A stretch of 64,000 bases of DNA from contig CBDDKV010000002.1 in NCBI GenBank assembly GCA_965230395.1, positions 1,920,947-1,984,946 on the forward strand, written 5' to 3'. The notes under the pieces were generated by a model. It was not told the DNA's origin and ran no database searches. It was given only the letters and a program-made list of their open reading frames with translations. The position numbers and the translations under genes were made by a program. Shown one piece after another: positions 30,305-40,230 of this stretch (position 1 is the stretch's first letter; each line of letters starts with the position of its first letter). Source of the DNA: Bacteroidales bacterium. GTDB lineage: Bacteria > Bacteroidota > Bacteroidia > Bacteroidales > UBA10428.

Positions 30305-30841
30305 TTACTTAATAGGCGATTCATAGTTTGTTGACCACGCTTCCCATTTCTCTGTTGTATAGTGGTCGCCGCCGATAAATTTCAGCATTTTGTCAAAAGG
30401 TTGTGCTTCCGTAAACCCTTGTTGGAGGTGAATAATACGAGCCTGTTCATCAAGAAAGACCACCGACGGATAGCTCAACTTATTATTTAACAGGGCCACA
30501 GCCAGCTGATGGTAACCTTTTGTTCCCTGAGTGGCGACATATTTTAGGGTGTCTTTTCCCAGGATTACATCTTCTTTCTGTTCGGCATTAAACTTAACAG
30601 GATAGTATTTCTTATTTAAGTATTCAGCAATTACAGAATGGCTGAACGTTTTTTTGTCCATCACTTTGCACCAGCCGCACCAGTCTGTGTATACGTCAAC
30701 CATTATTTTTCTGGGCTGCATCTGGTTAAGTTTAAATGCTTCCTCAATGGTATACCATTTTACCCCTTGTGATACATCCCCTTGGGAATAAGTAGATAAA
30801 GATAATACAGTGGTGAAAATAAATAAGAAAACACGCTTCAT
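30305..30841 (-). CDS. secreted thioredoxin-fold protein
   Basis: It has a signal peptide and the redox motif DWCGWCKVMD. Confidence 0.8.
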   Translation of the reverse strand: MKRVFLFIFTTVLSLSTYSQGDVSQGVKWYTIEEAFKLNQMQPRKIMVDVYTDWCGWCKVMDKKTFSHSVIAEYLNKKYYPVKFNAEQKEDVILGKDTLKYVATQGTKGYHQLAVALLNNKLSYPSVVFLDEQARIIHLQQGFTEAQPFDKMLKFIGGDHYTTEKWEAWSTNYESPIK

Positions 30842-31077
30842 AGTATTTACAATATTTGTCTAGTTTTGTAACGCAAAGTAACGAATTTTGTTGCAAATTC
30901 CGTTGTTAATCAAAAGTTAAGGGACCGGTTTTCTGAGAAGGTGGTTTTTGTTTGTGTAATTTATTAATAATCAATTTTTTTCAGTGTTTGTGCGGGCAAA
31001 AAAATATAATACTGTAAGCAAAACCGGCAAGAGCAGATTTTTCAGGCTATATTCGTATTTTAAAAAAGTATAAATAA

Positions 31078-32526
31078 ATGGGAAAAGAAATTATAGATTT
31101 ATCACCTTCCTTGTTATGGAAGCATTTTTATAACCTAACTCAAATTCCTCGTCCATCAGGACATGAAGAAGGGGCAATAACTTATATAGAGAAGTTTGCA
31201 ACAGAAAATAACCTCGATTACATAAAAGACGAAACCGGCAATGTAATTGTAAAAAAGGCCGCATCTAAAGGTAAGGAAGAAGCTCCGGTTGTAATCCTTC
31301 AGTCGCATGTTGACATGGTTCCGCAGAAGAACAGTGACAAGGAGCACGATTTTAAAACAGATCCCATAGAGACCATCATAGATGGCGAATGGTTAAAGGC
31401 CAATAAAACAACCCTTGGTGCCGACAACGGGATCGGGTGCGCTGCCATGCTGGCCGTTCTTGAGTCGGAAGATATACAGCACGGAGGAATCGAAGCTTTG
31501 TTTACAGTTAATGAAGAAGCAGGAATGGATGGTGCATTCGGGTTAAAACCAGGAGTGCTAAAAGGAGAAATCCTGATTAACCTTGATTCGGAAGATGAGG
31601 GGGAACTGTTTGTTGGTTGTGCCGGAGGAATAGATGTTTCGGCAACATCGACTTACGAAGAAGAAGATGCCCCGGAAGGAAAGTCCTATAGAATGACAGT
31701 GTCCGGATTAAGGGGAGGGCATTCAGGGTTGGATATTGCTTTGGGCAGAGGAAATGCAAATAAAATTACAGGCAGGTTTCTTTGGAGCGCATTAGCGAAT
31801 TTTCCGATAAGAATTGCCCGGGTGAAAGGTGGCGATTTAAGAAATGCCATACCACGCGAAGCTTTTGCGGATATAATTGTCCCTTCTGAGTTTGAAAATG
31901 AATTTATGAATTATTTTACCAACTTTCAGCATGCTATTAGTAATGAGTATAGGTCTGCCGACCCTCAGGTAAAACTAACACTGGAGACCGTTGGCGATCA
32001 TGAAAAGGTAATGTCGGAAGCGGATGCGAAGCGCTTCTCGGGAATGCTTAATGTGGCTCATAACGGAGTGGTAAGGATGAGCAATGAAATGCCGGGGACT
32101 GTTGAATCTTCCTTAAACCTGGCCATTACTGATTTCAATAACGGCGAAGTCAATATGTATTACCTGGTGCGTAGTTCAGTGGATAGTGTAAAATATGCAG
32201 TAGCAGAACAGGTATCGGCAATGCACGAGTTGCTTGGCTGTTCCATTGAAGTAGGCGGCGATTACCCGGGATGGCAGCCAAACACAGAGTCACACGTGCT
32301 TAAAGTAATGTCTGAAATTTATAATGAACTCTATAATAAAACGCCAGGGGTCCTGGCCATTCATGCAGGGCTGGAATGTGGAATAATAGGTGGAAAGTAC
32401 CAGGGACTGGATATGATTTCTTTTGGCCCCACCATTCGGTTCCCGCACTCTCCCGATGAAAAAGTACATATAGAAAGCGTTGGAAAGTTTTATAACTTCC
32501 TTGCGCACACATTGGAAAAGATATAG
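31078..32526 (+). CDS. pepD: aminoacyl-histidine (Xaa-His) dipeptidase, M20 family
   Basis: The PepD-typical N-terminus is present (LWKHFYNLTQIPRPSGHEE...ETGNVIVKK...LQSHVDMVPQKN), along with GADNGIG and NEEAGMDGA metal-ligand blocks. Confidence 0.9.
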   Translation: MGKEIIDLSPSLLWKHFYNLTQIPRPSGHEEGAITYIEKFATENNLDYIKDETGNVIVKKAASKGKEEAPVVILQSHVDMVPQKNSDKEHDFKTDPIETIIDGEWLKANKTTLGADNGIGCAAMLAVLESEDIQHGGIEALFTVNEEAGMDGAFGLKPGVLKGEILINLDSEDEGELFVGCAGGIDVSATSTYEEEDAPEGKSYRMTVSGLRGGHSGLDIALGRGNANKITGRFLWSALANFPIRIARVKGGDLRNAIPREAFADIIVPSEFENEFMNYFTNFQHAISNEYRSADPQVKLTLETVGDHEKVMSEADAKRFSGMLNVAHNGVVRMSNEMPGTVESSLNLAITDFNNGEVNMYYLVRSSVDSVKYAVAEQVSAMHELLGCSIEVGGDYPGWQPNTESHVLKVMSEIYNELYNKTPGVLAIHAGLECGIIGGKYQGLDMISFGPTIRFPHSPDEKVHIESVGKFYNFLAHTLEKI

Positions 32527-32924
32527 AATATAGGTAAAACCGGAGGCTGTCCAAAACGTCTTATGAGCGTCAGGAACAGAATAGCATATTAATATAAGGG
32601 TTATTCTTTAGTTTGCTACGCTATGCTTGCTTTGTTGGGCAACGGCAGTTTTTATTGATTTTTTGGACGGCCTCATCGGTTACGTTTCGTTTTTTTGCTG
32701 TTGATCTATTTTTTTAATTCAAAAAAGTTTGGGAACCAACTTTATTTATACTCAAAAAGTTATATTTGACCAAGCGAATAGTGATTGCGCTTACAGGAAA
32801 TAAGTAGCTGGGAAGGGGCAAAATAAATATCAGATAACACCTTGTATATGCCTGATTTTTTAGCTATATTCATAGTTCCCTGAAGTTGATTTAAACAAAA
32901 AACACCAAACTTGAATTAAATACT

Positions 32925-34799
32925 ATGTCTGCAGAACAAGAGAAAATGTCACAACAAAGGCTGTATAATGGCTTGAAGCATAAACAAATATCTAAAGAAG
33001 AAATAAATGACAGCCTTCTTTTTGAAGTTGCCTGGGAAGTATGTAACAAAGTAGGCGGAATTTATACCGTTATTCAGTCTAAGGTTTCAACTGTTTTAGA
33101 TAAGTGGGACGCAGAAAAATATGTTCTGCTTGGTCCTTATATTGAAGAACAGGCTGCGGCAAATTTTGAGCCCGTTTTTGATTCAAACGACAAGGTAGCA
33201 AATGCAGTAGATGAAATGAACCGGAATGGCTACAGGGTTTTTTACGGACATTGGTTAATCGCCGGCCGCCCAAGGGCCATACTGTTCGATCCGTATTACA
33301 TTTTTTCGGAGTTGGGAGGGCTGAAATACAGGCTTTGGGATCTTTATGGCATTTCTACGCCAGAGCATGACGATTTAATAAATAAGTTGGTGTCTTTTGG
33401 GCACCAGGTATTTCGTTTTTTTCAGATATTCTCGGGGTTGAATGCCGGAGAAAATAGAATGATAGCACACTTCCATGAATGGATGGCAGGCATATCCATT
33501 ATGGATATCAGGCGCGAGAACTTGCCGGTTAAGATAGTTTTTACTACGCATGCAACATTGCTCGGGCGCTACCTGGCAATGAACGATCCGTTTTTCTATG
33601 AGCACCTGCCGCAATATAACTGGGGGCACGAGGCCCGGCACTTCAATGTTGAACATATTGTAAATATAGAACGGGCTGCAACCCGGGGGGCACATGTATT
33701 TACAACAGTGAGTGAAATAACAGGAGAAGAATGTAAGTACTTCCTGGAACGGGAACCTGACGTAGTGCTGCCTAACGGGATTAATGTAGACAGGTTTGAA
33801 GTTATGCACGAGTTTCAGAATCTTCACCGAATCTATAAAGAAAGGATTAATGAGTTTGTAATGAGCCACTTTTTTCAGAGTTATTCTTTCGATTTGGACA
33901 AAACGCTTTATTTCTTCACCTCAGGGCGTTACGAATATAAAAACAAGGGGTATGATTTAACACTGGAAGCCTTGGCCCGTTTGAATTACAGAATGAAGAA
34001 GGAAAATATTGATATGACCGTGGTAACCTTCTTTATTACGAAAAACCCGTTTACGAATATGAACCCGGGCGTGTTGCGCTCAAAAGCAATGCTGGAAGAA
34101 ATTCAGCGAAATTGCGAGGAGATGCAGGGGCAGATAGCCAAAAAATTCTTTTCAACGGTAGCTTCTAATAACCGTAGCTTTACCATGCCCGACTTAAACC
34201 AGATGATAGACGACTATATGGTGCTCCGGTTAAGGAATAACCTGCAGTCGTGGAGGTCAAATAGCCTGCCCCCAATAATAACGCACACACTTTGTGACGA
34301 GCCGAAAGACGAGATTATGAACTTTTTGAAGGTGAGTAACTTACTGAACCATGCTGAAGATAAAGTAAAGGTCGTTTACCATCCGGACTTTATAACCACA
34401 TCGAACCCTTTGTTCCGAATGGAATACTATCAGTTTATCCGCGGGTGCCATCTTGGGGTTTTCCCCAGTTATTACGAGCCGTGGGGATATACGCCATTGG
34501 AATGTATAGCAAGTGGGGTCCCTTCAATAACAAGTGATTTGGCAGGCTTTGGCTCGTTTGCACAGGCAAATGTGAAAGATTATGAGAAGGCCGGGTTGTA
34601 TGTTTTGGAGCGCAGGAATAAAGATTTTGGCAGGGCTGCCGATGAACTGGTGGACATAATGATGAATTTTATTCATTTAAACCGTCGTCAGCGAATAATG
34701 CAGAGGAACAGGGTAGAGGCGGCATCAATCCAGTTCGATTGGGAAAAATTAATAAGGTATTATTCTTATGCATATGGAATGGCTGTACGCAGTCAATAA
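32925..34799 (+). CDS. glycogen synthase, GT3 (eukaryote-like) family
   Basis: It contains FEVAWEVCNKVGGIYTVIQSK, FHEWMAG and the C-terminal YYEPWGYTPLECIASGVPSITSD block typical of GT3 glycogen synthases found in Bacteroidota. Confidence 0.85.
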   Translation: MSAEQEKMSQQRLYNGLKHKQISKEEINDSLLFEVAWEVCNKVGGIYTVIQSKVSTVLDKWDAEKYVLLGPYIEEQAAANFEPVFDSNDKVANAVDEMNRNGYRVFYGHWLIAGRPRAILFDPYYIFSELGGLKYRLWDLYGISTPEHDDLINKLVSFGHQVFRFFQIFSGLNAGENRMIAHFHEWMAGISIMDIRRENLPVKIVFTTHATLLGRYLAMNDPFFYEHLPQYNWGHEARHFNVEHIVNIERAATRGAHVFTTVSEITGEECKYFLEREPDVVLPNGINVDRFEVMHEFQNLHRIYKERINEFVMSHFFQSYSFDLDKTLYFFTSGRYEYKNKGYDLTLEALARLNYRMKKENIDMTVVTFFITKNPFTNMNPGVLRSKAMLEEIQRNCEEMQGQIAKKFFSTVASNNRSFTMPDLNQMIDDYMVLRLRNNLQSWRSNSLPPIITHTLCDEPKDEIMNFLKVSNLLNHAEDKVKVVYHPDFITTSNPLFRMEYYQFIRGCHLGVFPSYYEPWGYTPLECIASGVPSITSDLAGFGSFAQANVKDYEKAGLYVLERRNKDFGRAADELVDIMMNFIHLNRRQRIMQRNRVEAASIQFDWEKLIRYYSYAYGMAVRSQ

Positions 34800-34834
34800 T
34801 ACGAAGAGTTGAAAGCAGGTTTGCTTTAAAAAAT

Positions 34835-34882
34835 AAACTCAGGTTGAAAGGAAAGTTATTTTTCAAACCTGAGTTTTTTTAT
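34835..34882. terminator. bidirectional terminator between glycogen synthase and glyA
   Basis: The stem AAACTCAGGTTGAAA (34835-34849) pairs with TTTCAAACCTGAGTTT (34861-34876). It is flanked by A-runs and T-runs, and convergent genes lie on both sides. Confidence 0.7.
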
Positions 34883-34947
34883 CGTAAGAAATCAGAATTT
34901 TACTGAACACCAGCAATTATATGCATGTACAATAAACTCTTTTTTTA

Positions 34948-36228
34948 TTAATAAGCAAACAATGAATAGCCGGCCATTAGTTCATTGACGCGCTTACGTA
35001 CATCTTCAATTACCGTTTCGTTTTCAATGTTTGTAATTACCTCATCAATCATGTCGACTATTTGGGGAATAGCACCTTCTTTTACCCCGCGGGTTGTGAT
35101 GGCAGCAGTTCCTACCCGGAACCCTGATGTTTGGAAAGGGGAACGGCTGTCGAAAGGTACCATGTTTTTGTTTATGGTAATATCAGCTTTCACCAGTGTG
35201 TTTTCCACCTGTTTTCCTGTAATATCCGGAACTTTGCTTCTTAAGTCGATAAGCATGGAGTGGTTGTCTGTACCCCCTGAAATAACCTTATACCCCTTAG
35301 AAATAAAAGTTTCAGCCATAGCCCGGGCATTTTTTATTACCTGCTGACCATATTCAAGAAAACTGTCGGAAAGCGCTTCCCCAAAAGCTACAGCTTTAGA
35401 GGCAATAACATGTTCAAGTGGCCCTCCCTGTATCCCTGGAAAAACAGCACTGTCCAGCAATTGGGCCACGGTTTTTACTTTTCCTTTTGGGGTAGTTATT
35501 CCCCAGGGGTTCTCAAAATCTTCAGCCATTACGATTAGTCCGCCTCTTGGTCCGCGAAGTGTTTTATGTGTTGTTGTTGTAACAATATGGCAGTGCGGAA
35601 AGGGGTTGTTCAATAGTTTCTTGGCAATAAGCCCGGCCGGATGGGCTATGTCGGCCATAAGAAGGGCTCCAATATTATCAGCAATTTTTCTCATTCTGGC
35701 ATAATCCCAGTCGCGCGAGTAAGCCGAAGCTCCGGCTATTATTAACTTGGGTTTTTCAGCAAGGGCCGTAGCTTCCATTGCATCATAATCAATCAATCCG
35801 GTTTCTTCGTTAACTTTGTAGCTAACAGGTCTGTATAACATACCTGAAGAGTTTACCGAAGAACCGTGCGAAAGGTGGCCGCCGTGCGAAAGGTCAAATC
35901 CCAGAAAAGTGTCGCCGGGTTTTAAAATGGTCATTAAAACCGCCATGTTTGCCTGTGCTCCCGAGTGGGGCTGAACGTTAGCCCAGGTTGCCCCGAATAA
36001 TTCTTTGGCCCTTTCTATTGCCAGGGTTTCGGTTTCGTCAACAACCTGGCACCCCCCATAATATCTTTTCCCAGGATAACCTTCTGCATATTTATTGGTT
36101 AAATAAGAACCCATGGCTTCCATTACCTGTTCGCTTACAAAGTTCTCTGAAGCAATAAGTTCAATTCCGTGTAATTGTCGTTGGTGTTCCTGTTCAATCA
36201 GGTCAAATATTTTTTTGTCTCTTTCCAT
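34948..36228 (-). CDS. glyA: serine hydroxymethyltransferase
   Basis: SHMT-like sequence runs along the full length, including [14 protein letters not shown] with the PLP lysine. Confidence 0.95.
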   Translation of the reverse strand: MERDKKIFDLIEQEHQRQLHGIELIASENFVSEQVMEAMGSYLTNKYAEGYPGKRYYGGCQVVDETETLAIERAKELFGATWANVQPHSGAQANMAVLMTILKPGDTFLGFDLSHGGHLSHGSSVNSSGMLYRPVSYKVNEETGLIDYDAMEATALAEKPKLIIAGASAYSRDWDYARMRKIADNIGALLMADIAHPAGLIAKKLLNNPFPHCHIVTTTTHKTLRGPRGGLIVMAEDFENPWGITTPKGKVKTVAQLLDSAVFPGIQGGPLEHVIASKAVAFGEALSDSFLEYGQQVIKNARAMAETFISKGYKVISGGTDNHSMLIDLRSKVPDITGKQVENTLVKADITINKNMVPFDSRSPFQTSGFRVGTAAITTRGVKEGAIPQIVDMIDEVITNIENETVIEDVRKRVNELMAGYSLFAY

Positions 36229-36400
36229 CAGAAATCAGATTGAATGATTAAATACTTAAAAGCACGCAAAATTAAGCTTTCCAAACATTATTTAAAAGTA
36301 AGGTTAACAAGTTATGAATTAAAAGTCAATTTATTGAGAAAACAGGAACTGACTTTTTACAGGAAATTCTTACTTTCGGCTTGAATTAAAACCGAAAGGG

Positions 36401-36892
36401 ATGACAAATAGAAATGAAAGGCCGGTTCTTTTATCTGTTTTGTGCATATTAACATGGGTTGGCTCTGCATTTACCTTTATTGGGTTGTTACTTCTCCAGT
36501 GGTTGGTTTCTTCCCTGAAATCAAAAGTCAGTTTAACCCAGGACGAGAAGGATATTCTTTTGGATATCAGGGATGATGAGCTTCTTGATGTTTTTGGGGC
36601 TGGTTTTAGAGAGTTGGTTTCTACAATAATAAGTTTGGTGCTCCACTTCTCCGAGTTAATCTTAATAAGAATATTGGGGGTTTTAATGGTCTTTGTCGGG
36701 TCCCTTCTTATGTGGAGGATGAAGAAGGCCGGCTTCCTTTTATTTTTAGCAGGGAAAGTAACCATTATCCTGGGCATCCTTGTTTTTTTCAGAGAAACCG
36801 GTTTTGCAATCCAACTCATTTCATACACAGTAATAGCATCCATTTTATTTGGTTCGTTGTATTCGATCAATCTTAAATACATGAAAGAATAG
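36401..36892 (+). CDS. small four-TM membrane protein (paralog A)
   Basis: It is paralogous to 37025-37510. Shared blocks are ERP.(L/F)L(S/T)VLCILTWVGS.F, ...LMW(R/K)(M/L)KK.GF.LF..GK and NLKYM. Confidence 0.7.
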   Translation: MTNRNERPVLLSVLCILTWVGSAFTFIGLLLLQWLVSSLKSKVSLTQDEKDILLDIRDDELLDVFGAGFRELVSTIISLVLHFSELILIRILGVLMVFVGSLLMWRMKKAGFLLFLAGKVTIILGILVFFRETGFAIQLISYTVIASILFGSLYSINLKYMKE

Positions 36893-37024
36893 TGGGGGCT
36901 ATGACAGGGTAGAAATCGTGCAACTTAGTAAGAAAACAGAAGAATATTAAACCTGGGCAGGCAATAAAAAAACAGCAAGTATATAAAAATTTCATATTTT
37001 CGATTTAAACCAAAACTTATAATT

Positions 37025-37510
37025 ATGACAAAAGAAAATGAACGCCCAACATTTTTAACCGTGTTATGTATTTTAACCTGGGTAGGCTCCGGATTTGTTT
37101 TAATGTCACAGTTGTTTTCGTTGGCAATGGCCCCTATGATTAAGGCAACCAGCGGTTTTGCACAGGCAGGAATGGAAGAGGCGATGGATGAGGTGGCTGC
37201 TGAAGCGCCTGGTTTAGCACCGTTTTTTCAAAAATGGATGGGAGGATCGCTACAAACAATGGAACACTTGACCGAGTTAGTCTTAATAAGGTTAATAGGT
37301 ACAATATTTGTGCTTATTGGTGCAATTTTAATGTGGAAACTGAAAAAGACGGGGTTCTTTTTATTTGTAGGCGGAAAATTAATTATTATTGTTGGGGTAC
37401 TTGTTATCCTGGGAGGAACTGGTTTTGCCTTTTTGTCTATAGCCTTCTCATTAATAGTGGCTATCGCCTTTGTTATCATGTATGGCGTTAATTTAAAATA
37501 TATGGACTAA
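37025..37510 (+). CDS. small four-TM membrane protein (paralog B)
   Basis: It is a tandem paralog of 36401-36892 with the same length and the same conserved blocks. Confidence 0.7.
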   Translation: MTKENERPTFLTVLCILTWVGSGFVLMSQLFSLAMAPMIKATSGFAQAGMEEAMDEVAAEAPGLAPFFQKWMGGSLQTMEHLTELVLIRLIGTIFVLIGAILMWKLKKTGFFLFVGGKLIIIVGVLVILGGTGFAFLSIAFSLIVAIAFVIMYGVNLKYMD

Positions 37511-37524
37511 ACAACAAAACAGAG

Positions 37525-37887
37525 ATGGATTTAGAAAGGGTAGATGATAATTCAGACAACAGGCAGTACGTTAATAATACGGTTGTGAATAAGCAGCAGT
37601 TGCCTAACGCCAGTACTGTTTTGGTAATGGGGATACTTTCGCTGGTTTTAAGTTGTGGAATAGGGCTAATACTTGCGATTATAGGATTAAACCTGTCAAA
37701 AGAAGGTGTAAGGCTCTGGCAGGAAGACCAAATGGGATGGGACGGGTACGGCTCACTGAACGCCGGAAGGGTTATGTGTATAATAGGACTTTGCCTGAAC
37801 GGGTTGGTAGCGCTTTATTTTCTGGTCATATTCCTTTTTGTGGGTTCAATATTCGGGACCTTTGCGAGTTTTCTGGGAACAATATAA
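37525..37887 (+). CDS. small two-TM membrane protein (DUF4190/CCC-motif-like, tentative)
   Basis: It contains LPNASTVLVMGILSLVLSCGIGLILAIIGL and a second TM helix. A hairpin follows at 37921-37951. Confidence 0.6.
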   Translation: MDLERVDDNSDNRQYVNNTVVNKQQLPNASTVLVMGILSLVLSCGIGLILAIIGLNLSKEGVRLWQEDQMGWDGYGSLNAGRVMCIIGLCLNGLVALYFLVIFLFVGSIFGTFASFLGTI

Positions 37888-38252
37888 ACAGGTTCAGGGC
37901 AGGAAAATATAAAAAGTAAGAAAGGCTGGCCTTAACTTTTAGGCAGCCTTTCCTGTTATGGATAAACTGAATTAATCTTCAAAACATTACGTCAAAGTTT
38001 TATACCTGACAGCGTTCAAATAATAAAACCAGAACGTGTACATTCTTTTGTTTTAACAGTTTGGCCGGTTTAATGTTTAGGTACTATTTGAAATTTGCCC
38101 CGGGAGAATGTTCTTCACATTCCATTTAATAATCCTAGAACCGTCTCTTAATATACTTCCGGCTTCAAATTAAGTTGAGAGGGTAAGGGGGGTTTGTTGC
38201 TTGATGTCGGCCTGAAAGGCCAGGTTAATACAACCCGGTAGCTAGTGCATTA

Positions 38253-38744
38253 AGTTATAAATATCGTATTGTATATTATTATCTCATTTCTTTATTTCTA
38301 CAAGGTACGGTTTGCAAAGCGTAGCCATAGCTACGGCGAAAAACTTTAACACAGCAGAAAGGAAAAAGAAGGGTGAAATATGAAATGTTATTTTGTGATC
38401 GCACTACTAGAGGGCCTGAGAAAGTATTATAGGGCCTGTAAGCCAAAAGAATACCTTTTTGAAGCACCAGGCAAGAAGTACGGTGCAGAAAGTGTAGCAA
38501 AAATAGTTGTCCGTACAGCGCGTAAAGCAGGGATAACAAAGAAGGTTACCCTCCCCCCCATACCCTGCGGCACAGTTTTACTACACACCTGCTTGAAGCA
38601 GGCGTTAACCTAAGGGGTATTCAAGTACTGCTTGGGCACAATTCAACAAAGGGCAGAGAGATATACACACATGTAGCAAGCCATACAATTCAGAATATAA
38701 TAAGTCCATTGGAATTCTTATATTTGAAAGAAAACAAACAATAA
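38253..38744 (+). pseudogene. tyrosine recombinase relic (5'-truncated, at least two frameshifts), same strand as the cassettes
   Basis: Frame 0 (38277-~38400) reads IISFLYFYKVR...TQQKGKRRVKYEMLF. Frame 1 (~38400-38558) reads [54 protein letters not shown]. Frame 0 from 38559 reads [54 protein letters not shown], with the stop at 38742-38744. This gives box I Arg, KGK, HxLRH, LLGH and the Tyr in YTHV. The second frameshift lies in a C7 run (38553-38559). There is no ORF for an N-terminal domain upstream. Confidence 0.8.
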
Positions 38745-38768
38745 ACGACAAAACGGTTCGATGAAAGG

Positions 38769-38811
38769 AAAATACCATTACCTTTTTTAAAAGTTATGCT
38801 ATTTTGTTGTT
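38769..38811 (+). repeat. attI-like junction motif ending in G|TT
   Basis: AAAATACCATTACCTTTTTTAAAAGTTATGCTATTTTGTTGTT lies immediately 3' of the recombinase relic. Near-identical copies end at 50449, 59332 and 61316. Sequence diverges completely right after the GTT in all four. Confidence 0.65.
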
Positions 38812-38846
38812 AGCATGCATTAGAAAACAGTACCCTCCCTAAATAT

Positions 38847-40106
38847 ATGGAAACAAAGATTAAAGATAATATTGATAATCCAGAGCAACTTGAAAAGTTG
38901 TATCGAGCTGATAAGAAAGGATTTCAAAAAGCATTCTTCAGTATTTATAGCGAGATTGCGGATTTTAAAATGGCGGACTTTTGGAAAGCAAGATTAGAAT
39001 TTAATTTCCAAAGTGATTCCAAGATAAATGTGGAAAAGAGTGATGTTTTATTCCTAATAATTACCTGTTTAATAACTGGATTCTTAGTTAAAATACCACA
39101 ACTTTTTGATATTAAACTAAATGATTATTTCTACTACGAAAAGAATGCTGGATTAATAATATTATTGGGATTATCTGCATATTCATTCCTTACAAAAAAA
39201 CAGATAAACTTTAAGCATCTGATAACTTCAGTTGTGGTGTTTAGTTTTTCTGCTATCTATATAAATCTTTTACCTTCTGACAGAGATAGCCATTCGATTA
39301 ATCTAGCATATATACATTCGCCTTTACTCTTGTGGTGTTTGTATGGATTGGTTTTTATTGACTTTGACACAAAAGACAAAACAAAACGAATTGATTACAT
39401 AAAATACAATGGAGATATTGCGATTCTTACAGCAATAATATTAATTGCTGGGGGGATTCTTACTGGTGTAACACTTGGATTATTTTCAGCGATTGATTTA
39501 AACATCGAACGTTTTTATTTTGATTACATTGTTGTTCTTGGATTGGCCTCTTCTCCAATTGTTGCAACATATATCGTCAGAAACTTTCAGACAGTAACGA
39601 ATAAAATTGCTCCGATTATTGCAAGTATATTCAGCCCTCTGGTGTTGATTACTTTGATAATATACTTGGTAAGCATTTTATTAACAGGCAAAGACCCATA
39701 TAATGACAGAGATTTCTTGATTGTTTTCAATATTATGCTTTTAGGAGTAATGGCAATTATAGTATTCTCATTTTCAGAGACATCAGTGAACAAAAAACAG
39801 AGATTTAACGAACTGACATTATTTGTTTTAGCAACCGTAACACTGATAGTTGATTTAGTTGCATTATCAGCTATTTTATACCGACTTGGGGAATTTGGCT
39901 TTACTCCTAATAGGACTGCTGTTTTGGGTTCTAATCTTTTGATTTTTGGAAACCTCGTTTTGATAATGATTGATTTATATAAAGTTGGTTTTAAAGGAAA
40001 AGAGATTAAATCTGTTGAATTGACTATTGCAAGATATTTGCCAGTTTACACAGCTTGGACGATTTTTGTGACATTTGGATTACCGTTTATATTTGGTTTG
40101 AAGTAG
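38847..40106 (+). CDS. cassette 1: polytopic membrane protein, unknown function
   Basis: 419 aa. A soluble N-terminal ~55 aa is followed by about 10 hydrophobic helices. No motif is recognised. Confidence 0.75.
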   Translation: METKIKDNIDNPEQLEKLYRADKKGFQKAFFSIYSEIADFKMADFWKARLEFNFQSDSKINVEKSDVLFLIITCLITGFLVKIPQLFDIKLNDYFYYEKNAGLIILLGLSAYSFLTKKQINFKHLITSVVVFSFSAIYINLLPSDRDSHSINLAYIHSPLLLWCLYGLVFIDFDTKDKTKRIDYIKYNGDIAILTAIILIAGGILTGVTLGLFSAIDLNIERFYFDYIVVLGLASSPIVATYIVRNFQTVTNKIAPIIASIFSPLVLITLIIYLVSILLTGKDPYNDRDFLIVFNIMLLGVMAIIVFSFSETSVNKKQRFNELTLFVLATVTLIVDLVALSAILYRLGEFGFTPNRTAVLGSNLLIFGNLVLIMIDLYKVGFKGKEIKSVELTIARYLPVYTAWTIFVTFGLPFIFGLK

Positions 40107-40113
40107 GTATAAC

Positions 40114-40197
40114 GCATGCTAACACTTAGAATATAATAAATCATTCATTGCCCAAAAAAGTCCCGGCAAGGACTCAAAATGATTGATTATATTCGTT
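40114..40197 (+). repeat. attC-like site, short type (cassette 1)
   Basis: GCATGCTAAC (40114-40123) is the exact reverse complement of the cassette start GTTAGCATGC (38809-38818). The arms GAATATAATAAATCATT and AATGATTGATTATATTC match at 16/17. The central hairpin is AGTCC-CGGCAA-GGACT. The site ends in G|TT at 40195-40197. Confidence 0.75.
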
Positions 40198-40230
40198 GTT
40201 GAACGGAACCGGGAGAAACGGGCCAACACT

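Noticed and set aside
36370-36882. 170-aa minus-strand ORF antisense to the four-TM protein gene. Similar antisense shadows occur at 394-648, 22353-22826, 25693-26103, 33375-33869, 34985-35347 and 46005-46370.
   Set aside because: Each is fully embedded in, and antisense to, or in another frame of, a longer ORF with clear family signatures. The translated sequences are low-complexity with no motifs.
38086-38093. TTTGAAAT word upstream of the recombinase relic, resembling the conserved core of the long-type sites.
   Set aside because: It is an AT-rich 8-mer expected by chance in this composition. There is no flanking arm complementarity and no G|TT at the expected distance.
38253-38744. Calling the recombinase relic a bona fide integron integrase (intI).
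   Set aside because: It is truncated and frameshifted. The spacing between the KGK and HxLRH regions is XerD-like, with no room for the IntI-specific insertion. It is reported as a tyrosine recombinase relic of uncertain affiliation.
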